Source: Pseudomonadota bacterium (GTDB taxonomy: Bacteria > Pseudomonadota > Alphaproteobacteria > Rhodobacterales > Rhodobacteraceae). From it: a DNA stretch of 53,455 nucleotides. The position numbers were made by a program, and so were the translations under genes. The notes beneath the pieces are model-generated. The model made no database searches and was not told where the DNA came from. It saw only the letters and a program-made list of their open reading frames with translations. The stretch lies in NCBI GenBank assembly GCA_039185235.1, contig JBCDAS010000001.1, forward strand, positions 1 through 53,455, read 5' to 3'. The stretch's first letter is position 1. Each line of letters begins with the position of its first letter. Of the stretch, positions 48,755-53,455 are shown piece by piece.

Positions 48755-49455
48755 TGAAACTCGACCATGTGAACATCCGAACCCACCAGCTCGATGCGAT
48801 GGTCAAATGGTATGTCGACGTGCTTGGCCTCACAGAGGGATGGCGCCCACCTTTCCCTTTCCCCGGCGCCTGGCTCTATGCCGGAGAGGACGCCATCGTC
48901 CACCTCATCGGCGTCGCCAACGAACCCAAGGCGGATGAGACGGATCTCAAACTCGAGCATTTCGCGGTCCAAGGCGAAGATCTCGAGGCAACCCGAGCCC
49001 GTTACTTGGCGGCGGATATCCAAATCGATGAACGCGCTGTGCCCGGCACAACGCTGGTGCAGCTCAATATCTGGGACCCAGACGGCAACCACATCCATGT
49101 CGACTTCGACACGGCCAAAGAGCTCACCGCCGATCACCGCCTCGTAGTCTATGGCACTTTGGGCCCCGGCCAGGTGAACGAAGCGCAACTGGCAGATCTG
49201 CGAGGGCAGTGGCAACGCGGGACCGTCAAAGGCACTTTGCACCAATCCGGCTGGGGTGCCGCCCATGATTGTCCGGGCATGACCCTCGACAACACAGGAG
49301 ATGAGATCGAGGTCCACCTCTTCACATCGCCAGATCTGCCAGAACACTGGGACCGATTGGACGCGTTTGAAGGCGCCGATTACCAACGCTCACTGACCAG
49401 AGTAAAAACTCAAAACGGCGAGGTCGATGCCTGGATCTACCAAATCGCGACCTAG
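48754..49455 (+). CDS. VOC/glyoxalase domain fused to a gamma-glutamylcyclotransferase (AIG2-like) domain
   Basis: MKLDHVNIRT...GAWLY...HL...EHFA...DPDGN (VOC), then in frame LVVYGTLGPG..N...LDAFEG..Y.R (GGCT/AIG2). Confidence 0.8.
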   Translation: MKLDHVNIRTHQLDAMVKWYVDVLGLTEGWRPPFPFPGAWLYAGEDAIVHLIGVANEPKADETDLKLEHFAVQGEDLEATRARYLAADIQIDERAVPGTTLVQLNIWDPDGNHIHVDFDTAKELTADHRLVVYGTLGPGQVNEAQLADLRGQWQRGTVKGTLHQSGWGAAHDCPGMTLDNTGDEIEVHLFTSPDLPEHWDRLDAFEGADYQRSLTRVKTQNGEVDAWIYQIAT

Positions 49456-49477
49456 CCCCGAGAAGCCAAAAATCCAT

Positions 49478-49657
49478 CGCAAGCGTCCCTGATCCCTTAT
49501 GGGATTCCGGCGGGCAAAGCCCGCCACCCATGCAAGCATGGGCAGGGACGCAAGGCGCTTAGCTCGGAGTTTTGCGAGAGCAGTCAGACTGGGGCCAACG
49601 CGCCCGGCAGGGCGCCAAATATAGGTGTATGCGGCGCAAGCCGCATTCCGTTTGGTT
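49478..49657 (-). repeat. ~180-bp structured intergenic repeat, copy 4 (reverse orientation)
   Basis: Reverse complement reads AACCAAACGGAATGCGGCTTGCGCCGCATACACCTATATTTGGCGCCC...CAGGGACGCTTGCG. Confidence 0.95.
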
Positions 49658-49664
49658 CGTCGGC

Positions 49665-50633
49665 TTAGGTTGGGCTTGGCGTCTTTCCGCTTAGAACCTC
49701 GAGCATCCACTCGGTGTCAATATTCCCGCCACAGAGGATCACACCGACCTTCTGGCCTTGCAGCCGGTCTCGCTCTTGCAGGGCTGCCGCCAAAGGTGCA
49801 GCCCCGGCGCCCTCGGCGATGTTATGCGTATCGGTGTAATACACCCGGATCGCCTCGGCCACTTCGTCATCCGTGACCCGCACCACCCGTGCAGCGCCTT
49901 TCATGATGATCTCCAGCGGCTCCGCCCAGGGGGCTCGGCACGCCATCCCATCGGCAAATGTCACGGCGCGATTGGTCTGGACGACTTTGCCCGCCTCGTA
50001 GGACAGCGCATAGGCATCTGCCCCTTCGCTGACAACGCCAACGATCTCGGTCTTCGAGCTCAGCAGATCCCGCGCGGTGATCAGCCCACAGATGCCCGAG
50101 CCCATGCCGATCGGCACATAGACCACATCCGGCTCGACCTCACTCAGAAACTCCAGCGCATAGGTCGCGACGCCTCGTACCAGAAGCGGGTGAAATGGTG
50201 GGATGATATGCGCCCCTTCCACCTCCGCCACCCGCACGCATTCGAGCCGGCTTTCCTCGAAGTCATGGCCAAAGGTGACCAAATCTGCGCCCCAGGCCTG
50301 CATCGCCGCGTTCTTTTCGACCGAGTTTCCCTCCGGCACATAGACCGTCACCGGGATGCCATGGGACGAGGCTGCGTAGGGGATCGACTGGCCATGATTT
50401 CCCCGCGTCGCCGTCATGATCTTGGTGCAGCCTTGCTTTGCCAGATCCTCAAGATAGACCATCCCGCCGCGGACTTTGAATGCGCCCGTGGGCGTGTGGT
50501 TCTCATGCTTCACCCAAAGCTCGGTGCCCAGCCGCTCGGACAGAAGCGGCCAGTTATACTGAGGCGTGGGCGCCATGCGGGTTTGCACCAGCGCATGGGC
50601 CGCTTCCAGTTGCTCCATCGAGAAGAGCGTCAT
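49665..50633 (-). CDS. PLP-dependent threonine/serine dehydratase family
   Basis: KHENHTPTGAFKVRG (PLP Lys), TRGNHG, PIGMGSG, EGAGA, CGGN. Confidence 0.92.
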   Translation of the reverse strand: MTLFSMEQLEAAHALVQTRMAPTPQYNWPLLSERLGTELWVKHENHTPTGAFKVRGGMVYLEDLAKQGCTKIMTATRGNHGQSIPYAASSHGIPVTVYVPEGNSVEKNAAMQAWGADLVTFGHDFEESRLECVRVAEVEGAHIIPPFHPLLVRGVATYALEFLSEVEPDVVYVPIGMGSGICGLITARDLLSSKTEIVGVVSEGADAYALSYEAGKVVQTNRAVTFADGMACRAPWAEPLEIIMKGAARVVRVTDDEVAEAIRVYYTDTHNIAEGAGAAPLAAALQERDRLQGQKVGVILCGGNIDTEWMLEVLSGKTPSPT

Positions 50634-51334
50634 GACAAGAGCCAGCCACCATCCACATCAATGGTCGTGCCGGTAATAAAGTCATTTTTCACGGCAAAGA
50701 GCACCGCTTGAGCAATCTCATCCGGATGCCCTGCGCGCGGGATCAGATTGCCAGCGGTGGTCTTGGCATAGAACTCGGCCCGCGCCTCGCCTTCCAGCGG
50801 CGACATCGGCGTGTCGATCTGGCCCGGGGCGACGGTGTTGATCCGGACGGGCACCAGCTCCGGCGCCACACCCCGAACAAATGCCTCAACCGCGCCACCG
50901 ACCGAGCCGATTGCGATCTGTCCAGGGCGCATCTTGCGCGCGGGCGACCCCGAGACCAAGACGATGCAGCCATCCTCAGGCAGATGCCCCGCGCCATAGC
51001 GCACGACATTAGTGTAGCCCCAGAGCTTGTCGAACGATCCTTTGTAGCCCGCCATATCCATTTGCATGAACGGCCCAACGGCCCGATCTCCTCCGGTCGC
51101 GGCAGAGATCAGGATGTCATAGGGTGCAAGCTCGGCCAGGAGCGCTTCAACCGCAGCCCCATCGCGGGCGTCACATTGGGCAAGCTCGATCCCTGGGCCC
51201 GGATCCCCGGCCCGCGAAGGATCCCGGCTGATCGCCACGACTTTGGCGCCCTCTGCAGCGAGCTGTTTCGATGTCGAGAGCCCGATGCCCGATGTCCCGC
51301 CAAACACGATCGCCTTTTTGCCTGAGATCTCCAT
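50630..51334 (-). CDS. Short-chain dehydrogenase/reductase (atypical)
   Basis: GGTSGIG, RINTVAPG.IDTP, VDGG; lacks a clear YxxxK. Confidence 0.88.
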   Translation of the reverse strand: MEISGKKAIVFGGTSGIGLSTSKQLAAEGAKVVAISRDPSRAGDPGPGIELAQCDARDGAAVEALLAELAPYDILISAATGGDRAVGPFMQMDMAGYKGSFDKLWGYTNVVRYGAGHLPEDGCIVLVSGSPARKMRPGQIAIGSVGGAVEAFVRGVAPELVPVRINTVAPGQIDTPMSPLEGEARAEFYAKTTAGNLIPRAGHPDEIAQAVLFAVKNDFITGTTIDVDGGWLLS

Positions 51335-51428
51335 GATGCCCTCCCTTGGCCGTCTAGTTGGATCGGGCTCGAAAAGCCCTGCCCCGGTGTTTCATCCGAG
51401 GCGGGGCCGCGTCAACCAAAAGGCTGTG

Positions 51429-51650
51429 CTAGCGCCAGAACGGTTTCTCCACCTCGCGGTCGGCGGTCTCTTGGGTCAGCCCCACATCGCGAAGCAGATG
51501 GGGCGGCAGATCCGAGAGATGCTGGCGCGAGCGCACGCGATGGCGCCAAGTCTTCAACAGGGCGATCAACTCCGCCCAGATCTGCCGAAACCCGGCTGTC
51601 CGTCCTAAGGGCCGAGGCGCCATCGAGGCGCGGCGGGTATATTGTGTCAT
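51429..51650 (-). CDS. DUF1127 (YjiS-like) small protein
   Basis: WRHRVRSRQHLSDLPPHLLRDVGL...KPFWR; GGAGG RBS before ATG 51650. Confidence 0.88.
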   Translation of the reverse strand: MTQYTRRASMAPRPLGRTAGFRQIWAELIALLKTWRHRVRSRQHLSDLPPHLLRDVGLTQETADREVEKPFWR

Positions 51651-51746
51651 CTTCGCCTCCATAAATTAGATACAATTAAGCGATAACCGCTATTCGTACT
51701 TATTCTAGTAGACACAATCTGATTGTATGGATACAAATACATTGTG
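51641..51746. promoter_or_regulatory. Candidate MocR operator array (GA[T/C]ACAAT repeats)
   Basis: TAGATACAAT (51667) and TAGACACAAT (51709) direct repeats, inverted ATTGTGTC (51641), palindrome TTGTAT-GG-ATACAA (51723-51736) in an AT-rich divergent promoter. Confidence 0.6.
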
Positions 51747-53144
51747 ATGAGTACAAAAATCCGACTACCAGAAACCAATGTACCCGGCCCGCGCTACCGC
51801 GTGCTGGCCGACACGATCTGCAACGCAGTGGCGCGCGGCGATATCCAACCGGGCGAGAAACTTCCCCCAGTGCGCGATCTCGCCTGGTCGCTCAAGATCA
51901 GCCCCGGTGCCGTGGCACGGGCCTATAAACTGGGCGTTGAGCGCGGTACGCTCGAAGCCGTGGTGGGGCGGGGCACCTTCGCCCGCGCCCCGGATAGCGC
52001 GCCGGTCTACGCGCTCGATGCTTTGATTGCCGAGGCGCCTGCAGGCAATATCGATCTGCGCGGCAACCAAGCCGTAGATGTCGGCCAGGATGTCGAGATT
52101 GGCGCCGCGCTGAGCCGTCTCATTTCGCGGTTCAACGGTGCGCCTCCGCTTACAGGATATCGCCAGCGCGAGGATGACCCAGAGGCGACCGAGGCGCTCG
52201 CGGGATGGCTGCGCAGCAAAGGGATCCCAGCCGAGGCGGATCGGCTGCTTGTCACCTCGGGCGCGCAGGCGGGCGTGGTTGCGATCCTCTCGCTCTTGGC
52301 GCGTGGCGGCGGTGTGGTGCTGACCACTCCCACGGCTCATCCAGGTCTGCGCGACGGCGCTGCAGCCATCGGAGTGCGATTTGAGGCGGTCGAGTCGGAC
52401 GAAGAGGGCCTGTGCCCAGACGCGCTCGATCGAGCTTGCGCGCGCAACCGGCCCGATGCGATCGAGATCACGGCAACGCTCCATAATCCAACCCTGGCAG
52501 TGATGAGCGAAAGCCGCCGCCGGGCGTTGGTGGCCATCGCGCGGCGCCATGGGGTCCCGATCGTGGAAGACGATGTCTACGGCCAATTGCTGGATGATCC
52601 ACCGCCGACTTTTGCACATCTGGCACCGGATCTCTGTTGGTATGTCTCGAGCCTGTCGAAATGCGTGGCCGCTGGTGTGCGTGCCGGGCTGGTGCTTACC
52701 CCACCAGGGCGGACCGTGCCGACCTTCCGAGCCTATCAAGCGCTCGCCCACCAAACACCCTGGTTGGTGAAAGCGCTCGCGGCAGAATTGGTGACAGGCG
52801 GGGAGGCCAATCAAGTTCGCCAAAGGGTCTCGGCAGAGACGCGGGACCGCGCAGAGCTTTGCCAAGACATCCTGGGCCCCTATGGCGCCAAGACCCATCC
52901 GGCGGCAAGCTTTGCCTATCTCCCGCTGCCCGACCCCTGGATCTCCGCCGAGTTTGTGGCCGCCGCAGCGGCGGCTGGCGTGCTGGTTCCGCCCGCGAGC
53001 ATCTACAAGACGACCCGAGGCGGGCCCGAGTTCACCCGGGTTGCACTTGGCGCTCGCGTGTCTCGCCCGCATCTGCGCGAGGGCCTGATCCGCCTCGCCA
53101 TGCTGCTCCGCGACGGACCGCAAGCCGCAGCACCTGTGACCTAG
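51747..53144 (+). CDS. MocR-family (GntR HTH + PLP aminotransferase-like) regulator
   Basis: PGEKLPPVRDLA..L......VARAY, GRGTF, TSGAQ, HNPT, EDDVY, SLSK, G.RAG. Confidence 0.93.
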   Translation: MSTKIRLPETNVPGPRYRVLADTICNAVARGDIQPGEKLPPVRDLAWSLKISPGAVARAYKLGVERGTLEAVVGRGTFARAPDSAPVYALDALIAEAPAGNIDLRGNQAVDVGQDVEIGAALSRLISRFNGAPPLTGYRQREDDPEATEALAGWLRSKGIPAEADRLLVTSGAQAGVVAILSLLARGGGVVLTTPTAHPGLRDGAAAIGVRFEAVESDEEGLCPDALDRACARNRPDAIEITATLHNPTLAVMSESRRRALVAIARRHGVPIVEDDVYGQLLDDPPPTFAHLAPDLCWYVSSLSKCVAAGVRAGLVLTPPGRTVPTFRAYQALAHQTPWLVKALAAELVTGGEANQVRQRVSAETRDRAELCQDILGPYGAKTHPAASFAYLPLPDPWISAEFVAAAAAAGVLVPPASIYKTTRGGPEFTRVALGARVSRPHLREGLIRLAMLLRDGPQAAAPVT

Positions 53145-53255
53145 ACCAAGATCGGTTCAACCTCACTCCGGTTGAAAGAGAGTTTTGGTCCAGACTCAAA
53201 TGCTGGAGCAAAAGCCTAGGAACTCAGTGCTTAAGTCAGATCCGGTTTCGTTCTA

Positions 53256-53455
53256 GGTCACATACTCATAAAGCGGATTCCCGAGTTGCGTTGGCTGTGG
53301 TTCAACCCTGCGAAACAGCAGGAGGCGTTCATGGCCCGTTTCGACTTGACGGATTTCGAGTGGTCGGTGATCGAACCTTTGCCGCCGACGAAGGTTCGCG
53401 GCAAGCCTCGAGTGGATGACAGGCGGGTGTTGAACGGCATCTTTTGGCGCCTGCG
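53256..53455 (+). mobile_element. IS5-family insertion sequence, left end (truncated by the window)
   Basis: CTAG followed by GGTCACATACTCATAAA (IR-like; exact boundary uncertain), with a transposase start 75 nt downstream. Confidence 0.8.
53331..53455 (+). CDS. IS5-family transposase, N-terminal part
   Basis: Translated by hand: MARFDLTDFEWSVIEPLPPTKVRGKPRVDDRRVLNGIFWRL, the LTD.EW..I.P...GRPR.D.R.VLNGI.W N-terminus; GGAGG RBS. Confidence 0.9.
   Translation, partial: MARFDLTDFEWSVIEPLPPTKVRGKPRVDDRRVLNGIFWRL

Noticed and set aside
51335-51428. CcsR/cuckoo sRNA repeats downstream of the DUF1127 gene
   Set aside because: No CCTCCTCCC-loop hairpin repeats on the minus strand in this short gap.
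3645-53123. Many long antisense or alternate-frame ORFs (e.g. 3645-4703, 12671-13903, 34003-35049, 49758-50711, 51765-53123)
   Set aside because: Expected stop-poor shadows of genuine genes in GC-rich DNA, with no recognisable motifs.

Overview
GC-rich alphaproteobacterial chromosome segment, Rhodobacterales-like by gene content and a Zn-free type L36. It carries housekeeping genes (argE N-terminus, csaA, proC, aroQ, efp, suhB, rpmI-rplT-rpmJ, hisA), a split ABC-dependent capsule locus (kpsS near 1-2.4 kb; sulfotransferase, kpsMTEC and two GT4 genes at 9-18 kb), a stand-alone MotA/MotB-like pair, an operon of two Cys-motif exported proteins plus SCO, a sugar-acid catabolic cluster, a DUF1127/MocR divergon, and the left end of an IS5-family element. 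The most striking unexplained signal is non-coding. A ~180-bp multi-hairpin element occurs four times (4818, 8986, 19732, 49478), always between convergent genes, and its four-way junction shows compensatory base changes. Its terminal module (GAACCAA[A/G]CGGA plus a hairpin) is reused in other structured intergenic elements, including a 200-bp element with perfect 12-bp terminal inverted repeats (29595-29794) and a second two-copy family (43763, 46951). Protein calls rest on recognised motifs and gene context; no database searches were run.
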